The notes: a model not told the origin generated them from the letters alone. A DNA stretch of 64,000 nucleotides from an uncultured delta proteobacterium (GCA_963711835.1 CAVQFQ010000006.1:64001-128000), one strand, 5' to 3'; positions 47,001 through 58,323 are shown, numbered from the stretch's first letter. Numbers and translations: made by a program.

Positions 47001-48731
47001 TTAAATATGGCCCAAAAGAGCGATGAGACCTGCCAGGAGAAAACTGGACTCGATCAGGGTCTCAAAAAAAATACTGCCGGGCAAGGCCCATTTTTTTTCA
47101 TAAGTGGTCAAAAGCAACCCTTGATACCCGAAAGCAATCAGAAGCCCCAAGGCCCAGAGGGGCAGGAGACCCGACAGGCTGGCCAGCGCTACCAGAATCA
47201 TGGTTCCTAAACACAACATTTTTAGAAAAAGAAGGGTTTTTTCTTCGCCGATCAAGATGGGCAGGGTTTCCTTGCCCACGATCATATCCCCTTGAATGTC
47301 CAGAATATCAAAAAGCCCGGAGCGGATATAAACAAAACTGCAGATGGCCAAGAAAATGATCAGGATGCTCACCGTTAAGGGCCGGTTTTCAGCCAGGACT
47401 GGAATCAGGGTGGTCACGCCGCCCCACCCGAGGGCTACGGAAAGGGTTTTCGAGGCCGGCAGGTCCTTGATTTTTTTCATGGAGGTAAACCGCTGCCAGA
47501 CGGCCGGAACGATTTGAAAGCTGTAAAGGATGCCCAGGAGGCTCATAAAGGCCAAGAGTAAAAAAGGCTTCCAGCCTAATCGATAGGTGAGGAATAGGGA
47601 CAAGAGGGTTGCCCCTATCCCCGAGGAAAAAAAGAGGATCCGGTTCCGTTGATAGAACAGGGAACGATCCGGGTCGTTGTATTCGGCCGCCCCCGAATCC
47701 AAGAGATGGTTGAGGATATGCATGGCATAGATATAGGAAAAGGTAATGGCCATATAGATCCATGGTAAAGGCGCCTGCCGGAGGTGGGCCACCGCCAAAC
47801 TCAGACAGGCCGCCCCAAAGGCCACCATCAGGTTGGTTTTTAAAAGGAAACGAAGAAGACGAAAGAGGAAAGGGCTCCAGAAAGGTTCTCCCTTTCCTTT
47901 GATGGATTCCAATTCCTGGACCACTTTTCGAATCATCCAGTTCGGCGTGGAGGCACCGGCGGTTACGCCCACCTGCTTGAATCGGCTTAATTCTTTCCGG
48001 TCCAGTTCCTCTTCGGTCTCCACCTGAAAACAGGGAGTGCCCACGCCCCGGGCGATTCTTACCAGGCGGCGGGTGTTTCCGCTGTTATAGCCTCCGACGA
48101 TGACCAGGCCCTCCACATTCTGAGCCAGGGTCTTGACTTCGGTTTGACGTTCGTGGGTGGCATGACAGATGGTATTGAAGACCAGGAGATCAGGAAATCG
48201 TTTTTGGAGACCCGCAACCACTTCCTGGAAAAGGCTTTCATCCTGGGTGGTCTGGGCGACGACGATGACTTTCTCCAAAGGAGGAAGGCCGTTCACCTGG
48301 CCGGAGTCGGAGACAACGATACCGGAGCCCTGGGAATAACCCAGAAGACCGACTACTTCCGGGTGGTCCTGATCTCCGACAATAATCGGGGTATATCCCT
48401 GGCGGGTATATTTGCGGATAATGGCCTGGACCTTGATGACCCGTGGACAGGTGGCATCAATAACAAAAAAGCCGGCCTGTTTTAGTTTTTCCTTTTCTTC
48501 GGGGGGAATGCCGTGGGCCCGGATAACAATGGTACCCTCATGCCGATCCTGAAGCCGGTCCAGGATCTGAATGCCTTTTTTTTCGAGCATCCGCAGGACC
48601 TGGGGGTTATGGATCAGGGGACCATAGGTGTAAATAGGATCCTGGTAGTGATAGGTGGCCTCGATGGCCAATTCCATGGCCCTTTTCACTCCCATGCAAA
48701 AGCCGGCTTTTTTTGCCAAACGGACTTTCAT
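47001..48731 (-). CDS. ispH: IspH (LytB) fused to a C-terminal UbiA-like membrane domain
   Basis: AGFCMGVKRA, IHNP, RAHG, DATCP, HPEV, QTT, TIC, SGNT, TAGASTP; then multi-TM region with DILDIQGD..GKETLP. Confidence 0.92.
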   Translation of the reverse strand: MKVRLAKKAGFCMGVKRAMELAIEATYHYQDPIYTYGPLIHNPQVLRMLEKKGIQILDRLQDRHEGTIVIRAHGIPPEEKEKLKQAGFFVIDATCPRVIKVQAIIRKYTRQGYTPIIVGDQDHPEVVGLLGYSQGSGIVVSDSGQVNGLPPLEKVIVVAQTTQDESLFQEVVAGLQKRFPDLLVFNTICHATHERQTEVKTLAQNVEGLVIVGGYNSGNTRRLVRIARGVGTPCFQVETEEELDRKELSRFKQVGVTAGASTPNWMIRKVVQELESIKGKGEPFWSPFLFRLLRFLLKTNLMVAFGAACLSLAVAHLRQAPLPWIYMAITFSYIYAMHILNHLLDSGAAEYNDPDRSLFYQRNRILFFSSGIGATLLSLFLTYRLGWKPFLLLAFMSLLGILYSFQIVPAVWQRFTSMKKIKDLPASKTLSVALGWGGVTTLIPVLAENRPLTVSILIIFLAICSFVYIRSGLFDILDIQGDMIVGKETLPILIGEEKTLLFLKMLCLGTMILVALASLSGLLPLWALGLLIAFGYQGLLLTTYEKKWALPGSIFFETLIESSFLLAGLIALLGHI

Positions 48732-48753
48732 TAAATCTCGATGCCTTTGATCA

Positions 48754-49052
48754 TATTAATGGTCTCAAAATAAAAGTTACCAACAGGGACCGGGGGGTCT
48801 TCTTTTCTGGGGTTGTCCAAAGGGTAACTCATCGCCCTATCCCGGCCCGGACGGCTAAGTGGGTTAGGTGCAGGGCATTCACCCAAGTCCGTTTCGGGCA
48901 TTAGTGGTGGCCTTTCTCTGAATTAGAACCCGAATTTGGCCCGGCAAAGAAGCTTCGGGCTTGAAGGTGGACAACCCAGAAAAGAAGACCCCTCGGTCCC
49001 GCTAAGGCAAGCTCCTCAATTTCATGTCAAGACATTTATGAGATCCTTAATA
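48754..49052. mobile_element. MITE-like family B, copy 2
   Basis: Colinear, highly similar copy of 41940-42240 inserted between ispH and dusB. Confidence 0.85.
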
Positions 49053-49056
49053 AGGA

Positions 49057-50058
49057 TCAGCATTCTCTTTCCCCCTGCCCTTCAGCCTGCGCCTGGGGAA
49101 GCAGGGAACGCCTATAGTTTTCAAAAAGGTTTTTCAGGTTTTCCGGGGACTTGGCCAGGGCCACCTCCTGCCGGAATCCTCCGCTGTCGGGCAAACCCCG
49201 GGTCAGGATGAACAAGGCCCGCCGCAGGCCTTGAATTTGAGCCCTTCCGTATTGATTAGACATGATCCAGTCCCAATAGGAGGTGAGCCATAGACGTCTT
49301 TGCTCCAGTGTCGGCCCGCCCGGCAATCCCCCGGCCTCCAAGGCCCTGATTTCAGTAAAAATCCAAGGGGTGGTGAGGGCCTGGCGGCCGATCATGATGC
49401 CATCGGCTCCGCTTGATTTTTTAAGGGCTATGGCCTGAGAGGCGGAATGGACATCCCCATTCCCGATCACCGGGATTTTTATTTTTTCTTTCATTTCCTT
49501 TAAAATGGACCAGTCGGCTTGACCGGAAAACCCCTGTACGGCCCAACGGGGGTGAATAGTTATGGCATCCACTCCGGCCTCTTCGGCTATTCGGGCGACG
49601 GTCTCGAAAACCGGATTTTCCTTGCTCCAGCCCGGCCGTATCTTTATGGTCAGCGGAAGGGCAATGCTTCGGCGCACAGCCTTGATCAAGGTCTCCACCT
49701 GCCTCGGACTTTTCAGGAGGGCGGCCCCGGCCCCGGTTTTAACCACCTTTTTGACCGGGCAGCCCATATTGATATCGATGATATCCGCCCCGGCGGCCTG
49801 GGCGATTAAGGCGGCCCGGGCCATGATCTCAGGATCGGCACCAAAGAGTTGGACGGTTAAAGGGTGGTCCTCCGGGACGGTCTTAAGAAAAGAACGGCTG
49901 GCCGGCACCTCCCGGACCAGGCCTTCGGAGCTGACCATTTCCGTATAGGCCAGTTCACAGCCCAGGTTCCTGATCAGAAGCCGGAAGGGAAGGTCGGTAT
50001 ATCCGGCCATGGGCGCCATGAAATAGGGGAAGGAGATGACCCGGTTTCCTATGTTCAC
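49057..50058 (-). CDS. dusB: tRNA-dihydrouridine synthase DusB
   Basis: APMAGYTD, QLFG, DINMGCP, TIKIR, IGNGDV, MIGR. Confidence 0.92.
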   Translation of the reverse strand: MNIGNRVISFPYFMAPMAGYTDLPFRLLIRNLGCELAYTEMVSSEGLVREVPASRSFLKTVPEDHPLTVQLFGADPEIMARAALIAQAAGADIIDINMGCPVKKVVKTGAGAALLKSPRQVETLIKAVRRSIALPLTIKIRPGWSKENPVFETVARIAEEAGVDAITIHPRWAVQGFSGQADWSILKEMKEKIKIPVIGNGDVHSASQAIALKKSSGADGIMIGRQALTTPWIFTEIRALEAGGLPGGPTLEQRRLWLTSYWDWIMSNQYGRAQIQGLRRALFILTRGLPDSGGFRQEVALAKSPENLKNLFENYRRSLLPQAQAEGQGEREC

Positions 50059-50407
50059 CGGCCTATTTTCTCAACATTTCTTTGTGGTCCGCAGCACGTC
50101 ATAAGGCCTTGGTAAAGGGGTTAAGCCCCCTCGATCCGCGATAACGAATTTTAGAACCAGCGATTTTATTTTTATCCTAACTCCCCTATGGGCCGTCAAA
50201 GGAACTAAACGGGAAAAGTATATCACAAGGACCGGTTTTTGGACAAAAAATCAGAAAATGAGAAAAAATAGGAAAAAGTTTAAGGGGGCGCCGTCAAATA
50301 GGGTTTCCAATGGGATTATTCTTGACTATAGACAGCAATTAAATTAAATTTATCATTTTGTTCGGCCCGATCAGGGAGGGCGACCTATCTCATTAAGGAC
50401 TGCTTAG

Positions 50408-51901
50408 ATGGAAGAGGACAACCTGTTACGACAACAGCGCTTGAAGAAAGCCGAGGAGTTGAAATCCTCCGGGATTAATCTCTATCCCAGCTTTAATCAA
50501 GTCAGCCATAAGATTAAAGAAATCCAAGAAGGTTTCAGTTCGGTGGGGGAAAACCTGCCGGAAGATTCCAGCCCCTTGGTCAAAGCCGCCGGCCGGTTAA
50601 TGGCCATCCGGGATTTCGGAAAGAGCGTCTTTTTTCAGGTCCAGGACGGAACCGGCCGTCTTCAGGGCTACCTGAAAAAAGAGTTAATCGGGGCTGATGG
50701 TTTTTCTTTGTTTAAGAAAATGGACGTAGGGGATTTTTTGGGTCTGGAAGGCCCCCTCTTTCGGACCAAGACCGGTGAGTTAACCATTCTGGTCAAGAAA
50801 CTGCAACTGTTGTCCAAGGCCCTGCGTCCCCTGCCGGAAAAATTCCACGGCCTGGTGGACGTGGAACAGAGGTACCGGCAGCGCTATCTGGATTTGCTGG
50901 TAAACGTCAAGGTCCGGGAAATTTTCCATCTGCGCTCAAAATTGATGGCCCTGATCCGGAGTTTTATGACCGACCGGGGATTCCTGGAGGTGGAAACCCC
51001 GATGATGCAGGCCATCCCGGGAGGGGCGACGGCCAAACCCTTTAAGACCTTTCATAATGCCTTGAATCTCCCTCTTTTCCTTCGGATCGCCCCTGAACTT
51101 TATTTAAAACGTTTGGTTGTCGGCGGCCTGGACAAGGTCTTTGAGATTAATCGCAATTTTAGGAACGAGGGGATTTCCATTCAGCATAACCCGGAATTTA
51201 CCATGATCGAGTTTTATCAGGCCTATGCCACCTACCAGGACCTGATGAACTTAACCGAAGAACTATTCCATTCCCTGGCCATGGATCTGAAGGGGAGTTT
51301 GCGTTTCTCCTACCAGGGTGAAGCCATTGATTTAACCCCGCCCTGGGAACGGATTCCCTTTATGGAATCCCTGACCGGGATCGGCGGGATCGATCCCGAG
51401 GTCCTGAAGGATTCCCGGAAGGCCATAGACTTAGCCCGCAGCCTGGGGGCCGATCTTAGGGCCACCGATGGGAAGGGGAAAGCCCTGACCAAGATATTTG
51501 AACAATTGGTCGAACCCCGCTTGCGGCAACCGACTTTTGTCACCGGCTACCCGATCGAGGTCTCACCCCTGGCCAAGCGAAATCAGGAAGATCCGGAAGT
51601 AACCGATCGTTTTGAACTGTTTATCTCCGGGCGGGAATTGGCCAACGGCTTTAACGAACTGAATGATCCCCTGGAGCAAAAAGAACGGTTTTTGGATCAA
51701 CTGAAGGCCAAGGAAGCCGGGGATGAAGAGGCCCAGGATATGGACTGGGATTTTTTGCTGGCCCTGGAATACGGCCTGCCGCCGACTGCCGGCGAGGGAA
51801 TAGGGGTGGACCGGCTGGTGATGCTTTTCTCCGATGCCCCCTCGATTCGGGAGGTGATCCTTTTTCCGCAGCTTAGGCCGGAGAAGGGTGCTGTTTCCTG
51901 A
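50408..51901 (+). CDS. lysS: Lysyl-tRNA synthetase class II
   Basis: [47 protein letters not shown]. Confidence 0.97.
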   Translation: MEEDNLLRQQRLKKAEELKSSGINLYPSFNQVSHKIKEIQEGFSSVGENLPEDSSPLVKAAGRLMAIRDFGKSVFFQVQDGTGRLQGYLKKELIGADGFSLFKKMDVGDFLGLEGPLFRTKTGELTILVKKLQLLSKALRPLPEKFHGLVDVEQRYRQRYLDLLVNVKVREIFHLRSKLMALIRSFMTDRGFLEVETPMMQAIPGGATAKPFKTFHNALNLPLFLRIAPELYLKRLVVGGLDKVFEINRNFRNEGISIQHNPEFTMIEFYQAYATYQDLMNLTEELFHSLAMDLKGSLRFSYQGEAIDLTPPWERIPFMESLTGIGGIDPEVLKDSRKAIDLARSLGADLRATDGKGKALTKIFEQLVEPRLRQPTFVTGYPIEVSPLAKRNQEDPEVTDRFELFISGRELANGFNELNDPLEQKERFLDQLKAKEAGDEEAQDMDWDFLLALEYGLPPTAGEGIGVDRLVMLFSDAPSIREVILFPQLRPEKGAVS

Positions 51902-51949
51902 AAGCCGAAGACCGCCTGCTGATCGCTGCGCGCTGTTTGAAAGCCGACC

Positions 51950-53194
51950 ATGTTTTTTGAATTCTTTATTAGTTACCGCTACCTGAAGGCCAAGAGAAAG
52001 CAGACCTTTATTTCCATCATCACCTTTATTTCCGTCGGGGGGGTGGCCTTGGGGGTGACGGCGCTGATTGTGGTCCTGGCGGTCATGAGCGGTTTTGAAA
52101 ATGATTTAAAAAATAAGATCCTGGGCTTGAATTCCCATGCCCTGGTATTAAGCTGGCATAATGCCATTGAAGATTATGCCCAGGTGGGGGCCAAGGTGGA
52201 CACCGTTCCCGGCGTCGTCGGGTCCACCCCTTTTATCCTGACCCAGGTCTTATTGAGCGGGGGGGGGCAGGTGACCGGCGCGGTCCTGCGGGGGATTGAT
52301 ATCCGGAGTGCCCCCAAGGTCATTTCCCTGGATCGGATCATAAAAAAGGGGAGTTGGGCTGCCCTGGAATCTCCGGCCCCGGGGATCAAGGAAGAACCCT
52401 CTCTGCCGGGCATCATCTTGGGCCAGGAATTGGCACGGAATCTAGGTCTCTCTCTGAAGGATACCCTTTCCGTAATTTCTCCCTTAGGGGAAGTGACGCC
52501 CTTAGGACGGGTTCCCAAGATGCGGCCCTTCCGGCTGGTGGGGATCTTTGAATCCGGGATGTTTGAGTATGACTCGACCATGGCCTTTATTTCCTTAAGC
52601 CAGGCGCAAGCCTTTCTGGGCCTCTTCGGAAAGGTCAGCGGGCTGGAAGTCAAAACCCGTGACCTCTACCAGGCCCAAGGCATTGCCAAGGCCATTCAAG
52701 AAAAACTGGGTTTCCCCTTTTGGACCAAGGACTGGATGCGCATGAACAAAAACCTCTTTTCGGCCTTGAAATTGGAGAAGCTGGTCATGTTCATTATCCT
52801 GACCTTGATTATTCTGGTGGCTGCCTTTAATATCGTAGCCTCCCTGATCATGGTGGTTATGGAAAAAACCAAGGACATTGCCATCCTGAAGTCGATGGGA
52901 ACGACCTCCGGCAGTATAATGAAAATTTTTATGTTGGAAGGCCTTATCATCGGAACGGTCGGAACCGCCCTGGGTGTTTTGGGGGGTCTGGGCTTGTGTC
53001 ACCTGCTCCAGAAATACCAATTTATAAAATTGCCCAGTGATGTATATTATATCTCTTCCCTCCCGGTCTTAATGAAAGGGATGGATGTCCTGGTTATCAT
53101 TTTGGCGGCTTTGGGGATCAGTTTCGTGGCCACCTGGTATCCTTCCTGGCAGGCTTCCCGTCTTGACCCGGCCGAAGCCATCCGTTATGAATAA
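51950..53194 (+). CDS. lolE: Lipoprotein-releasing ABC transporter permease LolC/E
   Basis: GVALGVTALIVVLAVMSGF, LVAAFNI, IAILKSMG, YPSWQAS..PAEAIRYE. Confidence 0.93.
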   Translation: MFFEFFISYRYLKAKRKQTFISIITFISVGGVALGVTALIVVLAVMSGFENDLKNKILGLNSHALVLSWHNAIEDYAQVGAKVDTVPGVVGSTPFILTQVLLSGGGQVTGAVLRGIDIRSAPKVISLDRIIKKGSWAALESPAPGIKEEPSLPGIILGQELARNLGLSLKDTLSVISPLGEVTPLGRVPKMRPFRLVGIFESGMFEYDSTMAFISLSQAQAFLGLFGKVSGLEVKTRDLYQAQGIAKAIQEKLGFPFWTKDWMRMNKNLFSALKLEKLVMFIILTLIILVAAFNIVASLIMVVMEKTKDIAILKSMGTTSGSIMKIFMLEGLIIGTVGTALGVLGGLGLCHLLQKYQFIKLPSDVYYISSLPVLMKGMDVLVIILAALGISFVATWYPSWQASRLDPAEAIRYE

Positions 53195-53215
53195 AGGAGC
53201 CGGGGAAGATCGCCG

Positions 53216-53911
53216 ATGTCCGTGCCCCTGTTAACGGTCAGCGCCCTGGAAAAATCCTATCTGATGAACGACCATCGGGTCGAGGTCTTGAAAGGCCTGG
53301 ACTTGGAGGTCAACCAGCGGGATACCCTGGCTGTGGTGGGGGCCTCCGGTACAGGGAAATCAACGTTACTCCATATCCTGGGGACCCTGGAACGTCCTAC
53401 GAGCGGCGAGGTTCGCTATGAAGGCCGGGAACTGTTCAACCGGTTTCCCCAGGAACTGGCCGGCTTTCGGAATGAAAAAATCGGCTTTGTTTTTCAGTTT
53501 CATCACCTGCTGCCGGAATTTTCAACCCTTGAAAATGCCATGATGCCTCTATTGATTGCCAGGAAGAGCAAACAGGAGGCCGGCCGGAAGGCCGAGGAAC
53601 TGCTGGTTCAATTGGGTTTAAAAGAGCGCTTGACCCATCGCATCGGGGAATTGTCCGGCGGAGAACAGCAACGGGTGGCTATTGCCCGGGCCTTGGTGCG
53701 TTCCCCCCAACTGGTCCTGGCCGATGAACCGACCGGTAACTTGGACCGCAAAACCGGGGGGCAGATCATGGACCTTTTCCAGGAATTGAACCAGGCCAGG
53801 GGGGTTACTTTTCTGATGGTGACCCATAACCTCGATCTGGCCAAAACCTTTCAGCGCCGGATTGAAATTATTGACGGGAAGGCCTACGAAAGGACCCAGC
53901 CAAAGGTATAA
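53216..53911 (+). CDS. lolD: Lipoprotein-releasing ABC ATPase LolD
   Basis: GASGTGKST, FVFQFHHLL, LSGGEQQR, ADEPTGNLD. Confidence 0.93.
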   Translation: MSVPLLTVSALEKSYLMNDHRVEVLKGLDLEVNQRDTLAVVGASGTGKSTLLHILGTLERPTSGEVRYEGRELFNRFPQELAGFRNEKIGFVFQFHHLLPEFSTLENAMMPLLIARKSKQEAGRKAEELLVQLGLKERLTHRIGELSGGEQQRVAIARALVRSPQLVLADEPTGNLDRKTGGQIMDLFQELNQARGVTFLMVTHNLDLAKTFQRRIEIIDGKAYERTQPKV

Positions 53912-53967
53912 ATTTTTTCTCCCAACCGGTTGGGAGAAAAACCAATTTTTAAGTGAGAGGAAATTTT

Positions 53968-56622
53968 ATGGCGAAGAGGATCGGTTCCATTTTTATTTTG
54001 GGTTTCGTCTTTGCTTTCTTGGCCTCCGCCCCGGGCCAGGCCCAACCTATTGGAAAAGGGGCCATAATGCCCTTTCAGATTTACAGCCAGGAAGACCTGG
54101 CCTATCTCCAAAAAAACATTATGGAGACCTTATACGAGGGCTTGAATAAGCAAAAGATCCCCCTGGTTCCTCTTTCTGAAACAGCACCTTATCTGGGCCA
54201 GAAAATCCCCGGCGACTGGAATGAACTGCGCGGTATCGGGAAAAACCTGGGAGCGGAGTGGCTGGTTTACGGCAACCTGACCAAGATCGGCCAGGGGTTG
54301 AATTTGACCGGAAATCTTCTCGACACTTCCTCGGATAAAGCCCCGCTGACCCTCACTATGACCGAAGACGGTCTGGAGAACCTGTTAAGATTAATCTCCA
54401 AATTCTCCCGGGAGGTGGGGTTGAGAATCCTGGGGCAGGAAAAAATCGCCGAAATTGCGATCCGCGGCAATAAGAGGATAGAAGCCCAGGCCATCCTGAA
54501 GGAAATCAAATCAAAAGTGGGAGAGGCCTATCAGCCCGACCTGCTCGACCAGGACATCCGGGCCATTTTTAATATGGGCTATTTTTCCGATGTCCGATTG
54601 GAGCTGGCCCAGGCCCCTCAAGGAAAACAGGTGACCCTGGTGGTGGTCGAACGCCCCTTCGTAAAAAGGATCGATATCAAAGGAAACAAGGAAATAAAAG
54701 AAGAGGAGCTTCGGGACCAGTCAACCCTTAAAGTCTACTCCATCCTGAACCTCAACACCATCAACGAGACCCTGGAGAAACTGAATACCCATTATCAGTC
54801 CAAAGGCTATTATAATGCCCGGGTCACTTACACGACCACATTTGAAGACCAGGAGCAGGCGGCCGTGGTGGTCTTCACTGTGGTGGAGGGGAAAAAGGTT
54901 TATATTAAAAGCATCAGCTTCCAGGGAGTTAAAGGATTTTCGGAGAAGAAATTAAAATCCTTGATGGAGACAAATGAACAGGGTTTTTTTTACTGGTTAA
55001 CCTCGTCCGGGGTCTATAAAAAGGAGCTACTGGAGCAGGATCTGGAAAAGTTAGCCTCTTTTTATTATAATAACGGATATTTAAAGGCTCGGGTGGGCGA
55101 ACCCCAGGTCCGCCACGAAGGGGATTGGATTTATATCAGCATCCCGGTCGAGGAAGGGCAGCAGTTTAAGATGGGGAAAGCCGATATCCGGGGTGATTTA
55201 TTGCAGGAAAAAGAAAAGTTGGTCAAAAACCTCTTGATAACCAAAGAAAAGTATTACAACCGGGAGGTGATCCGCAAAGACATCCTCCAATTGAGCGACC
55301 TCTATTCGATCGAGGGATATGCCTTCGCTGAAATTTTTCCTCAAATTCAGGAGGACCTCTCGGTGCCTAAGGTCGATCTGGTTTATGAGATCAAAAAAGG
55401 CCCCAAGGTCTATTTTGAGCGTATCGATATCGTCGGGAATGTCAAGACCCGGGACAAGGTCATTCGCCGGGAATTCAAGGTGGCCGAAAAAGGACTTTTT
55501 GATCCCCGGGCGTTACGGAGAAGCAACGAGCTTATCCAGCGCCTGGATTATTTTGAAGAAGTCAACCTCGGCACTTCCCCGGGCAGCCAGGAAGATCGGA
55601 TGAACTTAAAGGTCGAAGTTAAAGAGAAGATGACCGGCTCGTTTTCGGTGGGGGCCGGCTACAGCGCCGTGGATCAATTTGTCGTTATGGGTCAGATTTC
55701 CGAGCGCAACCTTTTCGGAAGAGGGCAGCGCCTGAGTCTGGACGCCCAACTGGGCAGTAAAACCCAACGTTACAACCTGAGTTTTGTGGAACCCTGGCTT
55801 TTCGACCGTCCTATTTCAGCCGGTATTTCCCTTTATAACTGGATCAGGGAATATGATGACTTTACCAAAGACAGCCTCGGCGGCAGCTTGGATTTGGGGC
55901 ATAACCTCTGGGGAGAATATACCCGTGGCTATATTACTTACACCTATGACGACGCCACGGTAACCAATATCAAAGACAATGCCGCCCAGATTATTAAGGA
56001 TCAGGCCGGCCGTCATGTAACCAGCAGCGTCCGATTAACGCTCCGCAGGGACTCCCGGGACTTGCTTTTCAACACCACCAAAGGGTCCATGAATTACGTC
56101 TCGGTTGAATATGCCGGCGGTCCTTTCGGCGGCACGAATTTTTTTACCAGGTATATTGCCAGCTCGGGTTGGTTCTTTCCCCTCTTCTGGGATACCACCT
56201 TTTCCGTCCATGGGAAGGTCGGCTATATCGAGCAGAACGCAGGGGGGGATTTGCCGCTCTATGAAAAATTTTATCTGGGCGGAATGAATTCGATTCGAGG
56301 CTATCCGGCCCTTTCCGTCAGCCCCAAGGACCCGGCGACCGGGGATAAAATAGGCGGGGACAAGATGGTCCAGTTCAATCTCGAATACATTTTTCCGATC
56401 ATTGCCAAGGCCGGGATCAAAGGGGTTTTATTTTTAGACCTGGCCAATTCCTATCTGAAAGATGAGACCGTTGATTTTAGTAGTCTTAGAAAAAGCATCG
56501 GAGCGGGGATCCGCTGGTATTCTCCTATGGGCCCGCTGCGTCTGGAGTTCGGCTACAATCTGGATCCGAAGCCCGGGGATCCATCCAATAACTGGGATTT
56601 CAGCATCGGGACCCTTTTTTAA
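53968..56622 (+). CDS. bamA: Outer membrane protein assembly factor BamA with an extra N-terminal domain
   Basis: POTRA repeats, GNVKTRDKVIRRE, FYLGG.NSIRGY, RWYSPMGPLRL, C-terminal F; ATG 53968. Confidence 0.95.
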   Translation: MAKRIGSIFILGFVFAFLASAPGQAQPIGKGAIMPFQIYSQEDLAYLQKNIMETLYEGLNKQKIPLVPLSETAPYLGQKIPGDWNELRGIGKNLGAEWLVYGNLTKIGQGLNLTGNLLDTSSDKAPLTLTMTEDGLENLLRLISKFSREVGLRILGQEKIAEIAIRGNKRIEAQAILKEIKSKVGEAYQPDLLDQDIRAIFNMGYFSDVRLELAQAPQGKQVTLVVVERPFVKRIDIKGNKEIKEEELRDQSTLKVYSILNLNTINETLEKLNTHYQSKGYYNARVTYTTTFEDQEQAAVVVFTVVEGKKVYIKSISFQGVKGFSEKKLKSLMETNEQGFFYWLTSSGVYKKELLEQDLEKLASFYYNNGYLKARVGEPQVRHEGDWIYISIPVEEGQQFKMGKADIRGDLLQEKEKLVKNLLITKEKYYNREVIRKDILQLSDLYSIEGYAFAEIFPQIQEDLSVPKVDLVYEIKKGPKVYFERIDIVGNVKTRDKVIRREFKVAEKGLFDPRALRRSNELIQRLDYFEEVNLGTSPGSQEDRMNLKVEVKEKMTGSFSVGAGYSAVDQFVVMGQISERNLFGRGQRLSLDAQLGSKTQRYNLSFVEPWLFDRPISAGISLYNWIREYDDFTKDSLGGSLDLGHNLWGEYTRGYITYTYDDATVTNIKDNAAQIIKDQAGRHVTSSVRLTLRRDSRDLLFNTTKGSMNYVSVEYAGGPFGGTNFFTRYIASSGWFFPLFWDTTFSVHGKVGYIEQNAGGDLPLYEKFYLGGMNSIRGYPALSVSPKDPATGDKIGGDKMVQFNLEYIFPIIAKAGIKGVLFLDLANSYLKDETVDFSSLRKSIGAGIRWYSPMGPLRLEFGYNLDPKPGDPSNNWDFSIGTLF

Positions 56623-56692
56623 GCGACTCACCTAAGGCGGCCGGTCTGGATCGGCCCCTTAAAAAAGTGTAAATAAAACCAGGAGGCATTGA

Positions 56693-57235
56693 ATGAATTG
56701 TTTTTTTAAAACCCTTATTTTTTCGTTAGGCGCTTGTGTTTTGTTGATGGGAACCCCATCCTGGGCCACCGACCCCATTAAAGTGGGTGTCCTGGACCTG
56801 CAGAAATGTCTCAATCAATCCGAATCCGGGAAAAAGGCCTCCAAGGCCCTACAGGATAAATCGGACCGGATCAAGAAAGACCTGAGTACCCGCCGGGATG
56901 AGCTGAAGAAGGGCGAGGAAGAATTGGCTAAAAAAAGCACCGTCCTGAGTGCCGACGCCAGGAGGGACAAAGAAAAGGAGTTGCTCCGAAAGAGGGAGGA
57001 CTTCCGGGACTTAGTCCAGGAGAAAGAAGAAGAAATGCGCAAGGATGAATACAACGCCATGCAGCCTCTTCTGAACGAGCTGTTCGAAATAACCAGCAAA
57101 CTGGCCAGGGATGAGGGGTATACCATGATCCTGGAAGCCAAAAGCGGGGTGGTCTACTTCAGCAAGACCGTCGAAATTACGGATAAGATCATCAAGCTCT
57201 TTAATGAAAGCAAGAAAGTAGAAAAGAAGAAATAG
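56693..57235 (+). CDS. skp: Skp/OmpH periplasmic chaperone
   Basis: Signal peptide, KVGVLDLQK, coiled coil, GYTMILE..EITDKII. Confidence 0.9.
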   Translation: MNCFFKTLIFSLGACVLLMGTPSWATDPIKVGVLDLQKCLNQSESGKKASKALQDKSDRIKKDLSTRRDELKKGEEELAKKSTVLSADARRDKEKELLRKREDFRDLVQEKEEEMRKDEYNAMQPLLNELFEITSKLARDEGYTMILEAKSGVVYFSKTVEITDKIIKLFNESKKVEKKK

Positions 57236-57237
57236 GC

Positions 57238-58323
57238 ATGAGTCCTTCATCCCAGGTGACCCCGGGCGTTACCCTGGAGGAGTTAGCCCAACTGCTTAAG
57301 GGCGAGGTTCGGGGATTCTGTGAAGAAAAGATTACCGGAGTGGCGCCTATCCGAGAGGCCCGCCGGGGGGAGATCACCTTCCTGGTCAATCCCAAATATG
57401 CCAACGACCTTAAAACCACCCAGGCCTCGGCCGTCATCGTAGGGCTTCAGGCCGCGGAGACCGGCAAGCCGGTCATTGTGACCCGAAATCCCTATCTGGC
57501 CTATGCTCTGGCGGCGACCTTTTTTGCTCCCAAACCCAGCCACCCCGTGGGGATCAGTCCCCTGGCCCAGATTGGGGAAAATTGCCGCTTCGGAGAAGCG
57601 GTCTCTATTTACCCTTTTGTTTATCTGGGGAATGGGGTGGAGATTGAAGACCGGGTCGTTCTTTACCCGGGGGCCTATCTGGGGGACGGGGTTCGCATCG
57701 GCCGGGATTCCATTGTTTATGCCAATGTCTCCATCCTGCAGGGGAGCCGTATCGGCCGGCGGGTCATCATCCATAGCGGAACCGTAATTGGAAGCGACGG
57801 CTTCGGCTTTGCCCAGGAGGGGGATCGGCATGTTAAAATCCCCCAGGTGGGCTCGGTCCAGATAGACGATGATTGTGAAATCGGGGCCAACAATACTATC
57901 GACCGGGCCGCCCTGGGGAAGACCTGGATCAAATCCGGAGTCAAAACCGACAACCTGGTCCATATCGCCCATAATGTAGTGGTGGGCGAGAATTCCCTGC
58001 TCATCGCCCAGGTGGGAATTTCCGGAAGCGCTGTCCTAGGAAAAAATGTGATCCTGGCCGGACAGGTTGGGGTGGCCGGACATATTGTGATCGGCGATCG
58101 GGTTATGGTCGGCGGCAAATCCGGGGTGGCCAAATCCATCCCCTCCGGTGAAGTGGTTTCCGGGAACCCGACTATGCCCCATCAGACCTATCTGCGCTCC
58201 CGAACCATCATCGCCCGTTTGCCTGAAGTGCTGAAACAGATACGGTCCCTGGAGGAACGGGTCCGTTTCCTGGAGTCCGAGATTGAAAAAGGGAGGTCTT
58301 CGATTCATGGAAATAAGCAATGA
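57238..58323 (+). CDS. lpxD: UDP-3-O-acyl-glucosamine N-acyltransferase LpxD
   Basis: NPY, hexapeptide repeats, [17 protein letters not shown]. Confidence 0.95.
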   Translation: MSPSSQVTPGVTLEELAQLLKGEVRGFCEEKITGVAPIREARRGEITFLVNPKYANDLKTTQASAVIVGLQAAETGKPVIVTRNPYLAYALAATFFAPKPSHPVGISPLAQIGENCRFGEAVSIYPFVYLGNGVEIEDRVVLYPGAYLGDGVRIGRDSIVYANVSILQGSRIGRRVIIHSGTVIGSDGFGFAQEGDRHVKIPQVGSVQIDDDCEIGANNTIDRAALGKTWIKSGVKTDNLVHIAHNVVVGENSLLIAQVGISGSAVLGKNVILAGQVGVAGHIVIGDRVMVGGKSGVAKSIPSGEVVSGNPTMPHQTYLRSRTIIARLPEVLKQIRSLEERVRFLESEIEKGRSSIHGNKQ

